Source of the DNA: Scyliorhinus canicula
Taxonomy: Eukaryota
Direction: 5' to 3'
Assembly (NCBI RefSeq): GCF_902713615.1
Contig: NC_052172.1
Span: forward strand, 6,491,337 to 6,555,336
DNA: 64,000 nt
The position numbers and the translations under genes were made by a program. The notes beneath the pieces were generated by a model. It worked only from the letters and a program-made list of their open reading frames with translations. It was not told the DNA's origin and ran no database searches. Shown here piece after piece: positions 1 to 12,121 of the stretch (position 1 is its first letter; every line of letters begins with the position of its first letter).

Positions 1-40
1 CAACACGCAGTACAAAAGTGAAGTCCGCATAGCCCCGCCC

Positions 41-1000
41 AAAGACTCGGAGAGCGGAGTAACCAAGGCCAGAGGACGGAGACTTTGTCAGCGAAGAACC
101 AAACTCGGTACTGTGAACATAACCAACTGAATTAGCAGAAAACGCTGCGCCCACAATACCACCGCCTTCCGCCCTTAATCGTCAGCTCTTCCTCCACCTG
201 ATTGGCTGTAAGTAGCGCACTGAGTTGCTCAGAGCTCATCGTAGAGAAACAGGGTGGGCCAAACAGTGTCTGATGGAATCTACTGTGACCGTGTGCGACC
301 ATCCAATTCAGCCCTAAGAATGATCCTCTCTAGTATCTAACTTCTAATGGCAGTGCTGTCTAAATGGTGAGAACAGGAGATAGATGAAAGGAATATGTGT
401 CACATAAACACGTCATTACAAGCTGGGAGACAAGCAATTGGAGGAGTAACAACCTTCAGGGTTTTGGGTCCTTCCCTCCAGGAATACAGAAGGAAAATGT
501 ATCGCTTCTGTTATATCGAACATTGGTCAGCCCAGAATACTGAGCTGAATTTTGGGGATGTATCTGACCACAGCTTTGGGATATATGTATGACCCACCCA
601 TCACATTTGGGTTTGCTGTGCTATATTTTAACTCAATTAAAATAAAAACATCAAATGTGGCATCGTGAATTCGGCCCCTCGGACTGGCGCCGCGTTTCAA
701 GAAGATGGATGATCAAACACCAACCGTTTGATAGAGGACGTTCCTGCTCAGACCACTTCTTCTTTGGACTTGACCAGTTTACTTGCGGTTCCCCCAACGC
801 CCGCTGATCACTCAACTCCATCTCCTCTTTCCAGTCATCCATTCCATTTGGTCTAAGGTGTTTCTCTCTTTCCTTCTTCGAGGCCAATCGCCCCATCGCC
901 AACACCCCCTCACCATATTTCCACTCTCTCTTTCTCTCTGAATCAAATGACTGGGGCATTTCAATCTCTGCTGGCCGAATCTCTCCGATGCCTCCACTGG
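41..1000. repeat. Segmental duplicate of ~25935-27200
   Basis: Colinear similarity seen by eye, with an insertion in the second copy. Confidence 0.85.
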
Positions 1001-1120
1001 ATCGCGCTCCCAATTCCCGATATGCTAGTTCTTGAAGTTGCTATTTTCACGTCACTTCACACATCTGGATCTTATTAGTGTCCAGTCCTTCTTCCTGTCT
1101 TCTTGATATTAGTGCATAAT

Positions 1121-1445
1121 GCGAGCACAGTAGCACACGTGGCTTGCACTGTGACTTCACAGCGCCAGGGTTCCAGATTCGTTTCCCCGCTGGGTCACTG
1201 ACTGTGTGGAGTCTGCGCGTTCTCTCGGTGTCTGGTGGGTTTCCTCCGGGTGCTGCGGTTTCCTCCCACAGTCCAAAGACGTGCAGGCTAGGTGGATTGG
1301 CCATGATAAATTGCCCTTAGTGTCCTAAAAAAGGGTTAGGAGTTATTGGGTTACGGGGATAGGATGGAAGTGAGAGTTTAATTGGGTCGGTGCAGACTGG
1401 ATGGGCTGAATGGCCTCCTGCTTCACTGTATGTTCTATGTTCTAT
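1121..1445 (+). mobile_element. HE1-like V-SINE
   Basis: tRNA-like head, GGGTTTCCTCCGGGTG..CCCACAGTCCAAAGA core, TTCTATG tail. Confidence 0.88.
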
Positions 1446-1499
1446 TCTTGAAGTTTCTGCCCGATATTGCAAGTCCCGTCTCACAACCGCCTTGTAGGT

Positions 1500-1845
1500 C
1501 ATATAAGAAAATAAGTACCAGGATCAAATGTGGGCAATTCAGGCCCTCGAGGCCGCTCCGCTATTCAATACGATGATTGCGGATCTCCTCACGCCCTCAA
1601 CTCCTCTTTCCTGCCCGTTGGTCATTACCCTTCAACCCATTACTAGTTAAATAATTGTCTATTTCTTCCTTAAATGTACTCAATGCTCTGGCATCCACCC
1701 CACTCTAGGGTAGTGAATTCCATAGATTCACGATCTTTTGAGAGAAGTAACGAGACTGTTTTTCTTAAACAATAATCATTGCTATTGTCACAAGTAGTCT
1801 TAAATTAACTCTTCAATGAAGTTGCTGCGAAAATCTCCCAGTCGT
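1500..1845 (-). mobile_element. CR1 3' end fragment
   Basis: Typical 3' UTR stem and tail in reverse orientation. Confidence 0.6.
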
Positions 1846-1849
1846 CACA

Positions 1850-2073
1850 TCCTGGCGCCTGTTCGGGTACACCGAGGGACAATTCAGAATGTCCAATTCA
1901 CCTAACAGCATGTATTTCGGGACTTGTGGGAGGAAAAGGGAGACCCGTAGGAAACCCACGCAGACACGGGGAGAACGTGCAGACTCTGCACAAACAGTGA
2001 TCCAAGCCGGGGATCGAACCTGGGCCCCTGGTGTTGTGAAGCAATAATGCTAACTACTGTGCTACTGTGCCAC
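1850..2073 (-). mobile_element. V-SINE
   Basis: Core and head in reverse orientation. Confidence 0.8.
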
Positions 2074-2089
2074 CTCTATTACCGAGCAG

Positions 2090-2545
2090 CTTCTGGCGGA
2101 CAGCACTGGGAACATGAGGTGGTGGAAGCATTTCCGATGGTTTCCATAGATTTCAGCAAAGCCTTTGACAAGTTCTCATATGGAGACTTCTCAAGAAGGC
2201 AAATGCTCATGGGATGCAGGGTAAGTTGATAAGGTGAATTCAAAATTTCCTCAGCGGAAGGAGACAGAGGGCGATGACAGATGGCTGCTTTAGTTACTGG
2301 AAGCTAGTGTCCAGTGGTGTACCACAGGGATCTGTGCTATGTCCCCTATTGTTTGTCATTTAAATAAAGACTATGTGGGAATAGGATCAGTAAGTTTGCG
2401 TGTGACACAAAGATTGGCCGGGTGGTTAACAGTGAGTTTGAGTGTCTTGGGTTACAGAAACATTAGGACGCGATGGTCAATAGGCAGAAAAGTGGCAGAT
2501 GGAATTTAACCCTGAAAAGTGTGATGTGACACACTTTGGTAGGAG
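2090..2545 (+). mobile_element. CR1 RT fragment
   Basis: DFSKAFDK and GVPQGSVL-like remnants; paralogous to the spacer CR1s below. Confidence 0.75.
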
Positions 2546-2549
2546 TAAC

Positions 2550-2870
2550 AGAACTTAAAACATACAGTGCAGAAGAGGCCATTCGGCCCACCGAGTCTTC
2601 ACCGGCCCACATTAAGCCCTCACTTCCACCGTATCCCCGTAGCCCAAAAACTCCTCAACTCTTTGGACACTAAGGGCAATTTATCATGGCCAATCCACCT
2701 AACCTGCACATCTTTGGACTGTGGGAGGAAACCAGAGCACCCGGAAGAAACCCACGCACACACGGGGAGGATATGCAGACTCCGCACAGACAGTGACCCA
2801 AGTCACAATCGAACCTGGGACCCTGGAGCTGTGAAGCAATTGTGCTATCCACAATGCTACTGTGCTGCCC
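2550..2870 (-). mobile_element. HE1-like V-SINE
   Basis: Complete head, core and tail. Confidence 0.88.
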
Positions 2871-2913
2871 AACTCCACAACGACCTCCCTAAAGGTTTGA
2901 CAGTTTGACTTAC

Positions 2914-2962
2914 GTGGAATTAGTGACAGTATCAATGTTAGATAATGAACTTCACACAACAT
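2914..2962 (-). pseudogene. Orphan family A leader exon with no V exon in the window
   Basis: MLCEVHYLTLILSLIP/GTAAGT; the intron runs into a SINE after ~40 bp; no V exon or RSS in 1-2900. Confidence 0.85.
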
Positions 2963-4729
2963 GATGACAGCCACAATCGATACTGCTTCGCTGTGTAAAC
3001 TAATGGAGCTCAGGACCACGTTCAGAGGCCGTCCCGCCCCTCTGGCTGACTAAATACGAAGCATCCGGTTGAGGTTAACAAGTGAGGTTGTTTGCCTGAA
3101 TAACCAACAGCCCAACCAGTCCTCGGGCGGGTCAGCAGCGCCACATACTGGAGGTATACCGAACGTAGACCGAATCGAGACTCATTGGATCATTCAAAAC
3201 AGGGCTAGTACAGACACGGAAGGCAGAATAACCTCCTTTTGTGCTAAGTCTATGATTGATCAATTTCGTCCTCCTGATAAAGATCTCGTTGACACATTAC
3301 AGCAAGGACATTATCTACATTGATAGATTGTTCGTCATTAATGAGTGGCAATTGCAATCACAAAGTTAGGCAGATGGATCAGTAAGGGATGGATGGAGGA
3401 TAAATACAGAGGCATCCATACAGATCGGTAGGGTAGGCAGCAGATAATACATTTGAGATAGATCATAGATAGAAGACAACTCGCTTTTTCCCTGCCATTG
3501 ATAGCTACATTTCTCCATGCTGACCCCTGACCTCCGATTTCCGTAAAAGACGGTGACGGATTGTGCTTGAGACGGGCAGGTTCATGTTCCGACTGTGTCT
3601 CTGTGCATAACTGGAAGCACATAAATACCGAGCTACTTCGCTCTGCTTCACTGTCCCTAACGTCAAGATCGAACTTGCTGTCTGCGGTTTTCTTGTGAAT
3701 TGTGTTTTGAAAGTGGCCTGAATCACCTTTTCTCCTATTTCAGGGAAATCTGTGGGTGGAGCCAGAGGACATTGGTAGGTGTTGAAGGAATACTTCAGAT
3801 CTGCCTTCGCCAACGAGAATGAGGAGGTAGATACAGAACACGGCGAGAGAGACTGTGAGGTTCCTCGGCAAATTGTCACAGGGAGTGACAAGCTATTGGA
3901 GGTGTTGGTAGCCTTACAAATGGTCAGATATCCAGGTCCGGAAGAATTCTGTCCCAGGATGCTGTGGACAGCGGGAGTGAGATTGCAGGGGCTGTGACCA
4001 AAATTGTTTACCCGTCTCCTGACTCGGGGGAGGTGCCAGAGGACTGGAGAACAAGTAATGTAGTCCCACTATTTAAGAAAGGTTGTGGAGATATGCCAGG
4101 GAACCACAGACCAGTGAGTCTCAGGTCAGTTATAGGGAAACTATTGGAGAATATTCTGAAGGAGAGGACATATCTCCACTTGGAGACGCAAGGTTTGATC
4201 AGGGATAGTCAGTATGACATTGTCAGTGGGAAGTCCTGCTAAACAGATTCAGGAATTGTTTTGAGCATGTAACCCGGTGTGTAGATGAAGGAGAGCATTT
4301 GATGTAGTTTTCGTGGATTTCATCAAAAGCTTTTTTCAAGGTCCCACATGGGAGACTTCTCAAGAAGGCAAATGCAGATGGGATACAGGGTATATTGATA
4401 AACTGGATTCATAATCGACTTAGCTGTAAGAGACAGAGTATGATGACAGACGCTTGCGTTAGTGACTGGAAGACAGTATCCAGTGGGGTACCACAGGGAT
4501 CTGTGATGGGTCCCCTACTGTTTGCCGTTTAGATAAATTACATAGATTACTATGTGGCAGTAGGATCAGTAATGATTGACCGGGTGGTAACAGTGAATTT
4601 GAGTGTTTTGGGCTACAGGACGATATAGACGTGATGGTGAAATGGGCAGAAAGGTGGATGATAGAATTTAAGCCTAAAAAGCGTGAGGTGATACCTTTTG
4701 GAATGTGACAATAATTCATAGAATTATCA

Positions 4730-5055
4730 TCGAATTTACAGTTCAGAAATAGGCCATTCGGCCCATCGAGTATGCACCGGCTTCTGGAAAGAGCACCCGA
4801 CTCAATGTCAACACCTCCACCCTATCACCATAACCCAGTAACCCCACCCAATACTAAGGGCAATTTTGGACACTAAGGGCAATTTATCATGGCCAATCCA
4901 CCTAACCTGCACATCTTTGGACTGTGGGAGGAAACCGAAGCACCCGGAGGAAACCCACGCACACACACGGGGAGGATGTGAAGACTCCGCACAGACAGTG
5001 ACCCAAGCCGGAATCGAACCTGGGACCCTGGAGCTATGAAGCAATTGTGCTATCC
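4730..5055 (-). mobile_element. HE1-like V-SINE
   Basis: Core and head. Confidence 0.88.
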
Positions 5056-5269
5056 AAAGAATATTCCAAGAATGAAATGACTACGTAGTTCCGTGGAACA
5101 AAGGGGCCTCGGCGTGTTTATCCATAGATCTCTGAAGACAGAAGGGCAGGTCAATAGGGCCGTGCAAAAGGCATATGGGGCACTCGCCTTTCTCAATCGA
5201 GGCACTTATTACAAACTAGGGAGGTCATTTGAAAGTTGCATAGAAGTTTGGTGAGGTTACAGCTCGAGT

Positions 5270-5535
5270 CCCGGCTGGGTCACTGTCTGTGTGGAGTCTG
5301 CACATCCTCCCCGTGTGTGCGTGGGTTTCCTCCGGGTACTCCGGTTTCCTCCCACAGTCCAAAGATGTGCGGGTTAGGTGGATTGGCCATGCTAAATTGC
5401 CCGTAGTGTAAGGCTAATGGGGGGATTGTTGGGTTACGGGTATACGGGTTACGTGGGTTTAAGTAGGGTGATCATTGCTCGGCACAACATCGAGGGCCGA
5501 AGGGCCTGTTCTGTGCTGTACTGTTCTATGTTCTA
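5270..5535 (+). mobile_element. HE1-like V-SINE, 5' truncated
   Basis: Core and TTCTATG tail. Confidence 0.88.
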
Positions 5536-6119
5536 TGAGTACTGTGTGAAATTCTGGTCGCCACATTACAGGAAGGATGTTATTGCACTGGAGGGAGTGC
5601 AGAGGAGATTCACCAGGATATTGCCTGGGATCGAACATTTCAGTTATGAAGATAATTTGGATGGCATGGGTTGTTCTCTCTGGAGCAGAGAAGACTGAGG
5701 GGTGATCTGATTGAGGTGTACAAGACTATGGGGGCATCGGCAGGGTGGATAGGGAGCAGCTGTTCCCTTTAAATTGAAGGATCGGTTGCGAGGGGGCACA
5801 AGTTCAAGGTGAGGGGCGGGAGATTTATGTGGGATTTGAAGAAAAGCTTTTTTAACCAGAGGGTGGTGACTCTCTGGAACGCACTGCTTGGGAGGGTGGC
5901 TGACGCGGGTTGCCTCGCATCGTTTAGAAATGCTTTTGCATGAACTGTAGGCACGTCATAACATTCAAGGCTATGGGCCAAGTGCTGGCAAATGTGGCGA
6001 TGTAGAGAGGTCAGTGTTTTTTTTATGCGTCGGTGCAGACTCCATGGGCCGAAGGGCCTCTTCTGTGCCGTATTATTCTGTCATCATCTGATTCCCTGAC
6101 AACAGAGACATGTCCAATT

Positions 6120-6133
6120 CTGCCACCTGGTGG
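6120..6133 (-). promoter_or_regulatory. CTCF motif 21 bp 3' of V1 nonamer
   Basis: CCACCAGGTGGCAG. Confidence 0.75.
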
Positions 6134-6154
6134 CGGGAGTGAGCCCTGGGTGCA

Positions 6155-6193
6155 GGTTTTTGTCGCTGTGGGTCCGCTTTCTCAAACGCTGTG
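6155..6193 (-). other. 23-RSS of V1
   Basis: CACAGCG (6187-6193) + 23 bp + ACAAAAACC (6155-6163). Confidence 0.97.
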
Positions 6194-7082
6194 ATACTGC
6201 AAGCGCAGAAGTAGACAGCGGTGTGAGATACAGCGGCCTGTCTCAGTTTGATACTAAACAGCGTGTTACTAGTCCTGACTGCATCGAACGGCTCGGAGGT
6301 GTAGTTGTTGACGCTCCCTTCTCCAGCAGAATAGAAAAGAGCTTCTATCGCCCGATTTGGTTGTTGTCTGTACCAGAACATATATTGATAGTTAGCATTC
6401 TTCAGCGTGCAGCTGAGTGTGGCTGACATTCCTGCGGCGATCGATAGCACAGATGGCGACTGTTCCACGTAAGAAGCGAGTGTTCCTGCCGAATGAAACA
6501 TCGTGAGATTCTCAGGTTAGTCAATAATCGCTAAGGTGGAGATGAACATAGAAAATGCAACAACATCCATTTATAAAGCATCATTCCCGCCTCAGGAAGT
6601 CCCAAATCCTTTCAGCACCAAGACATTATTCGTTAAAATCTAGTTATTGTCGGGGCCAATGTAAACAGCAATCTCCTACGAACCGCAATGGATAACTGAG
6701 GAATGCATGTGTTTTTTTTTGGCTTTTATGCTGGGACAGATGGTCGGCTAATTACACGGCCAAGAAGTCCCCTGGTCTCCAATTTGCGCGCTGGGGTCGG
6801 AGGAATGGGTTGGGTGTCACTGATATCCGCCGAGACGGCACCTATAAAAATGCTGAACTCCCACTGCACTGACTTCAAGGCTATCACCGTAGATTGTGTC
6901 CTCGATCTCAGGGGTAAGAGTGGCCTCTGCACCTTCTGATTCCGACGACAAATTCCTCCCAGCGAGGCAGTATCTGGCATTTTAACGCCAAACTCCACAA
7001 AGACCTCTCAAAATGTTTGTAACTTTGACTTACGTGGAATTAGTGACACCATCAATATTAGATAGTGAACTTCACAAAACAT
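6194..7082 (-). CDS. TRBV: TCR beta-like V gene, family A (V1): leader exon 7034-7082, V exon 6194-6485
   Basis: Leader MFCEVHYLILMVSLIP with CCACCATG start and phase-1 GTAAGT donor; CAG acceptor at 6486; open V exon TLASYVEQSP..LSC..MFWYRQ..LFYS..FDAVR..YFCACS; 23-RSS follows. TRB assignment rests on the FR3 F-x-A-x-R motif and the CAxS end. Confidence 0.92.
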
Positions 7083-7202
7083 GGTGGTCGCTTCAATCGA
7101 TCCTGCTTTGCTGTGTAAACTAATGGAGCTCAGGACCACGTTCAGAGGCCACCCCTCTCCTCTGGCTGCTTAAGTTCGAAGTATTCGGTTAGGTTAACAC
7201 GC

Positions 7203-7218
7203 TGACGTCAGCTTCCTG
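7203..7218. promoter_or_regulatory. V1 promoter CRE plus ETS core
   Basis: TGACGTCA-G-CTTCCTG about 120 bp upstream of the ATG. Confidence 0.65.
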
Positions 7219-7574
7219 AATAACAAACACCCCACCCAGTCCTCGGACGCGTCTGCAGCGCCACATATTGGCAGAGCACAGAACGACAAGTAGGGATGTA
7301 TTAGAGGTGTTCACAATGATGACCAGATTTGATTGAGTTGATCAGGAAATAGTAATTCCATTGGAGGAGGCTCGTGGACCACAGGGTACAGACTTAAGAT
7401 GATTGACAGAAATATACAATGGGTGACGGGGAATTCTTGTGACCCGGAATAAACTGCCTGATAGAGTGTGAGCAGCAGATTCAATTGTATCTTTCAAAAG
7501 GGATAATTAGTTTACGGGAGACTTTTAGACACCGAGCGGCCCCTGTGCTCAAAGATAAAGGGAATGTGGGTCTT

Positions 7575-7580
7575 GTGTGT

Positions 7581-7611
<31 letters not shown>

Positions 7612-7613
7612 GT
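7575..7613. repeat. (TG)n plus poly-G
   Basis: Visible. Confidence 0.95.
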
Positions 7614-9069
7614 ATTAGCCAGGAGACACCAAACCGGGAGCCGGAAGTGCTTAGTAATAAACTCACTCAGTTACCTCAGATGGATGGTGAGAATGTGGAT
7701 CTCGCTCATATAAATCGTGTTTGAGAAAAACAATGCTGTGTATTTAATAGAATTTACGGAGTTGCTGAAGAATTGCATCGGATGAAATGAATAGAAACAT
7801 ATTCAGGATGGATAGGTCAGGAAGGTGAGGATTTCTAATAGGGAAGATTTTATATTAGAGCTGACATAGACTGGATGGGAGGAATGGCCTCCTTTTTTTT
7901 ACATCATGTGGTGCAGGCCAAAAGCGAATGAAGGGGTTAAATTATTTTCCGGGCACAGCCCACAGATTATTGCACAAACACGTCAAAAGCTGGTATTGAG
8001 TCTGAGAGAAGCGAGTTAACAGTTGTCAGCAGATTCTCAACCCGCCCTCAGGAGGCAGGTGTCCCTGTGATGAGCAGATGAACTGGGAGATTTTTAAAGA
8101 TACTGAAATGAAGTACTTTCTATGTGTGTGGGACATTCCTCTTGGAGCAGAGGAGGCGATGCCGAGGTTATCCTGAATAGTAAAAGGCTGATGGATTTCA
8201 GTTTGTGTGGTGTCTGCAAGAACCTGGATTTCACTTCATAGGATGAAGAAGATGAGGGGCAGATTTGGTTGAAACGTTGAGAAATAGGAGCATTTTTGAT
8301 TGTGTGAATAAAGAACAATTATTTCCAGTGGCAGATGTGTCGCTAGCTAAAGGACATATAACTGGAGGAGATACTTAGGATCGGTTTCTTCCATGAGTTT
8401 TTTATGTTCTGGAACATGTCACCTGGACGGATACAGAATGGAGAACAAATCGGGACTGCACCATTCTTTAACAGGGCTAGTAAAGACACGGAAGGCTGAA
8501 GAACCTCATCGCGCTGTGGTCTTATCCAAATCTCACTCTCCATTGTTACTACCGTGACTTGTTGATCCGTTAACAATGTCACCTGATTGGAAGTATGTCG
8601 ATGACACCTGAAAGGAAGAACATTATCTGCATTGATAAATTGGGCGTCATTAATTAGTACCAATTGCAATCACTTAAAGTTAGACAGATAGATTGTTAAT
8701 GGCTAGACAGTAGATAAATAGGGATCTATACCGATCGGCAGGCAGGCAGATAGATAATACCTTTGAGGTGGATGATAGATAGAAGACAGCTAGCTTTATC
8801 TCTGCCATTGAGAACTGGATTTCTCCATGCTGACACCTGCCCTCCATATCAGTAGAACATGGTAACTGGTCGTGTTTCAGGCAGGCGGGTTTATGTCCAA
8901 AATTTCAGCCCGACGTTACCTCTGTGCATCACAGTAAGTAATCATCTCTCTTCATCACTGACCCTATCTGCAGGTCGGACATGTATGCGGTATTCTTGTG
9001 AATTGTGTTTTGAAAGTGCCGGTACAGTCACATAGTCTGAATCGCCTTCTCTCCGACATCACGGAAATC

Positions 9070-11160
9070 TGTGGAAGGACCAGAGAACATTGGTAGTTGT
9101 TGAACGAATTCTTCTTATCTGTCTTCACCAAAGAGAATGAGGAGGTAGATTCAGATCTCGGGAGAGTGGCGGTGGGGTGGACTGTGACGTTCTTGAGCAA
9201 ATTGTCAAAGGGAGTGACAACTTATTGGAGTTGTTGGCAAGCTCAAAAGCGATCAAATCACCAGATCCGGATCAATTGCGTCCAGGCTGCTACGGGAGGC
9301 GAAGGAGGAGGTTCTGGGGCTCGGACCCAAATTGTTTATCCCTCTCCGGAACTGGGGGAGGTGCCAGAGAAATGGAGAAGATCTAATGTTGTCCCACTGT
9401 TTAAGAAAGATTGTGGAAGCGAATCGGGGAACTGCAGACCAGTGAGTTTCACGTCAGTGGAAGGTAAACTATTGGAGAATATTCTGAAGGAGAGAACCTA
9501 TCCGAACTTGGTGAGGCAGGGTCTGATCAGGAATAGTCAGCATGGGAGGATATGCCCAAACAAACCTCATTGATTTTTCTTAATATAAATTTAGATTAGC
9601 CAATTATTTTTTTTTCTAATTAAAGGGCAATTTAGCGTGGCCAATCCACCTACTCTGCACATTTTTGGGTTGTGGGGGCGAAACCCACGCAGACACGGGG
9701 AGAATGTGCAAACTCCACACGGACAGTGACCCGGGATCGAACCTGGGACCTCAGCGCCGGTTGTGCTAACCACTAGGCCACCGTGCTGCTTAGTTGACCA
9801 TATGGCCAAGTGTGTAGATGAGGGTAGTGAGTTGATATAGTTGTCTTGGATTTCAGCAAAACCTTTCATAAGGTCCTATGTGGGAGATTTATAAGGAAGG
9901 AAAATGCATATGGTATACACGATAGGTTGATACAAGCATTAAAAAATTACTGCGGATGCTGGAATCTGAAACCAAAATGAAAATGTTGGAAAATCTCAGC
10001 AGGTCTGGGAGCATCTGTAAGAAAAGAGCTACCGTTTCGAGTATTTGTCAAAGCTCAAAAGGGTCACCTGGACTCGAAACGTTATCTCTTCTCTCTCCTG
10101 CCAGACCTGTTTAGATTTTACAGCATTTTCTTTTTGGATAAGTTGATACAGTGGATTCATAATTGACTTAGCTGTAGGAGACAGAGGGCGATGACAGACG
10201 GCTGCTTTAGTAAGTAGAAGCCAGTGTTCAGTGGCATACCACAGAAATCTCTGATGGGTCCCCTGTTGTTTGTGATTTAAATACATTATATAGCTTACCA
10301 TGTGACAGTGGGATGGGTAAGTTTGCGAATGACACAAAATCGGGCGTGTAGTTCACAATGAGGTTGAGTGTCTTGGCGTAAAGGGAGATATAGACAGGAT
10401 GGTCAAATGGGCAGAAAAGTGGCTGATGGAATTGAACCCTGAAAATTGTGAGACGATACACTTTGGGAGGAGCAATTTGAAAAGAAAATATACCATGAAA
10501 GGCCTCACACTAATAGGTGGTGAAAAATGTTTATGGGTCACTTGTCTTTATGAATCGACGTATGCATAACAGAAGCATGGGCGTCATGTTGGAGTTGAAT
10601 GGAACGTTGGTGAAGCCACAGCTAGAGTACTGTGTGCAATTCTGGACGCCACATAATAGGGCGTATGTAATCGCACTGGAGTGGGTGCAGAGCAAATTCA
10701 CAAGGATGTTGCCTGGGATAGAATATTGAAGTTATGAAGAGAGGTTGGATAAGCTTGGGTTGTTTTCTTTGAAGAAAATATGGTTGAGGAGTGACCTAAT
10801 CGGGGTGTACAGGATTATGATGGATATAGACAGGGTGGAGCCGTCCCCTTTAGTTGAAGGGTCACTTCTGAGGTGACACAAGTTCAGGGTGAGGGGCAGA
10901 ATGTTTATGCTGGATTTATGGTAAACGTTTTTTCCCAAGAGCGTGGTGGCGGTCTGGAGTGCACTGCCTGGGAGGTTGGTAGGGGCCGGTTGCCTCACAT
11001 CCGTTAATAAGTACATGGATTAGTACTTGGCACGTCATAATATTCAAGGCTATGGGCCAATTGATGGCCAATGGGATTAGGTGAGCAGGACAGGTGATTT
11101 CATGCGTAGGTGCAGACTGGATGGGCCGAAGGACTTGTGAGCTGCATTAATCTGTGATTC
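9070..11160 (+). mobile_element. Fragmented CR1 (duplicated spacer copy)
   Basis: NEFFLSVFTKE, NVVPLFKK, PQLEYCVQFW remnants. Confidence 0.85.
9590..9790 (-). mobile_element. Short V-SINE
   Basis: Core and head. Confidence 0.82.
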
Positions 11161-11193
11161 TGTGATTCCCTGGAAAGAGACACTGATCCATTT

Positions 11194-11207
11194 CTGCCCC
11201 CTGGTGG
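11194..11207 (-). promoter_or_regulatory. CTCF motif 21 bp 3' of V2 nonamer
   Basis: CCACCAGGGGGCAG. Confidence 0.8.
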
Positions 11208-11228
11208 AGGGAATGAGCTCTCGGTGCA

Positions 11229-11267
11229 GGTTTTTGTCGCTGTGGGTCCGCTTTCTCAAACGCTGTG
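11229..11267 (-). other. 23-RSS of V2
   Basis: CACAGCG + 23 bp + ACAAAAACC. Confidence 0.97.
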
Positions 11268-11984
11268 ATACTACAAGCACAGAAGTAGACAGCGGTGTGA
11301 GATACAGCGGCGTGTCTCAGTTTGAGACTAAACAGCGTGTTGCTAGTCCTGACTGCATCGAACGGCTCGGAGGTGTAGTTGTTGATATTCCCTGCCCCAG
11401 CAGAATAGAAAAGAGCTTCCAATGCCCCATTTGGTTGTTGTCTGTACCAGAACATTTGGAGATTGTTAGTATTCTTCAGCGTGCAGCTGATAATGGCTGA
11501 TTTTCCTGCTGCGATCGAGAGCATAGATGGCGACTGTTCCACGTAAGAGGCGAGTATTCCTGCCGAATAAAACATCCGTTAGAATCTCAAGTTAATAGAT
11601 AATCGATTAGGCAGAGATAAACATATAAAACCGATTTATAAAGCATGTTTCGCGCTCCTGAAAGTCCCAAATCCTTTTATGAACAAGAAAGAATTCGTTA
11701 TAATCTGGTCATTGTTGTGATGGGGTCACTGACTTCCGCCCAGAGGGCACCTCTGAAAATACCGAACTCCCGCCGCACTGACCTCGAGAGAATCACCGTG
11801 TCCTCAATCTCAGGGGTAAGAGTGGCATCTGCACCTTCTGATTCCGAGGACAAATTCCTCCGAGTGAGTCGATAACTGACATTATACTGAAAAACTCCAC
11901 AAAGACCTCTCCAAAGGTTTGCAACTTTGACTTACGTGGAATTAGTAACACCATCAATGTTAGATAATGAACTTCACACAACAT
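11268..11984 (-). CDS. TRBV: TCR beta-like V gene, family A (V2): leader 11936-11984, V exon 11268-11559
   Basis: Leader MLCEVHYLTLMVLLIP/GTAAGT; open V exon ending YFCACS. Confidence 0.92.
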
Positions 11985-12105
11985 GTTGTCAGCTTGAATC
12001 GCTTCTGCTTCGCTGTGTAAACTAGTGGAGCTCAGGACCACGTTCAGAGGCCGCCCCTCTCCTCTGGCTGATTAAATATGAAGCATTCGGTTGAGGTTAA
12101 CACGC

Positions 12106-12121
12106 TGGCGTCAACTTCCTG
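12106..12121. promoter_or_regulatory. V2 promoter CRE variant plus ETS core
   Basis: TGGCGTCA-A-CTTCCTG at the equivalent position. Confidence 0.55.

Larger units (their letters stand above)
3760..6090 (+). mobile_element. Fragmented CR1 ORF2 and 3' end with nested SINEs, ending just before the V1 CTCF site
   Basis: EYFRSAF, VPEDWRTSNVVPLFKKG..YRPVSL, EYCVKFWSPHY remnants. Confidence 0.85.

Noticed and set aside
651-1013. 120-aa minus-strand ORF
   Set aside because: The paralog at ~26900-27200 has stops and frameshifts, and no domain was recognised.
3035-3050. CTCF-like CAGCCAGAGG(G/A)G sequences in family A promoters (also ~7150, ~12060, ~24375)
   Set aside because: Poor match; more likely a GC-rich core promoter element.
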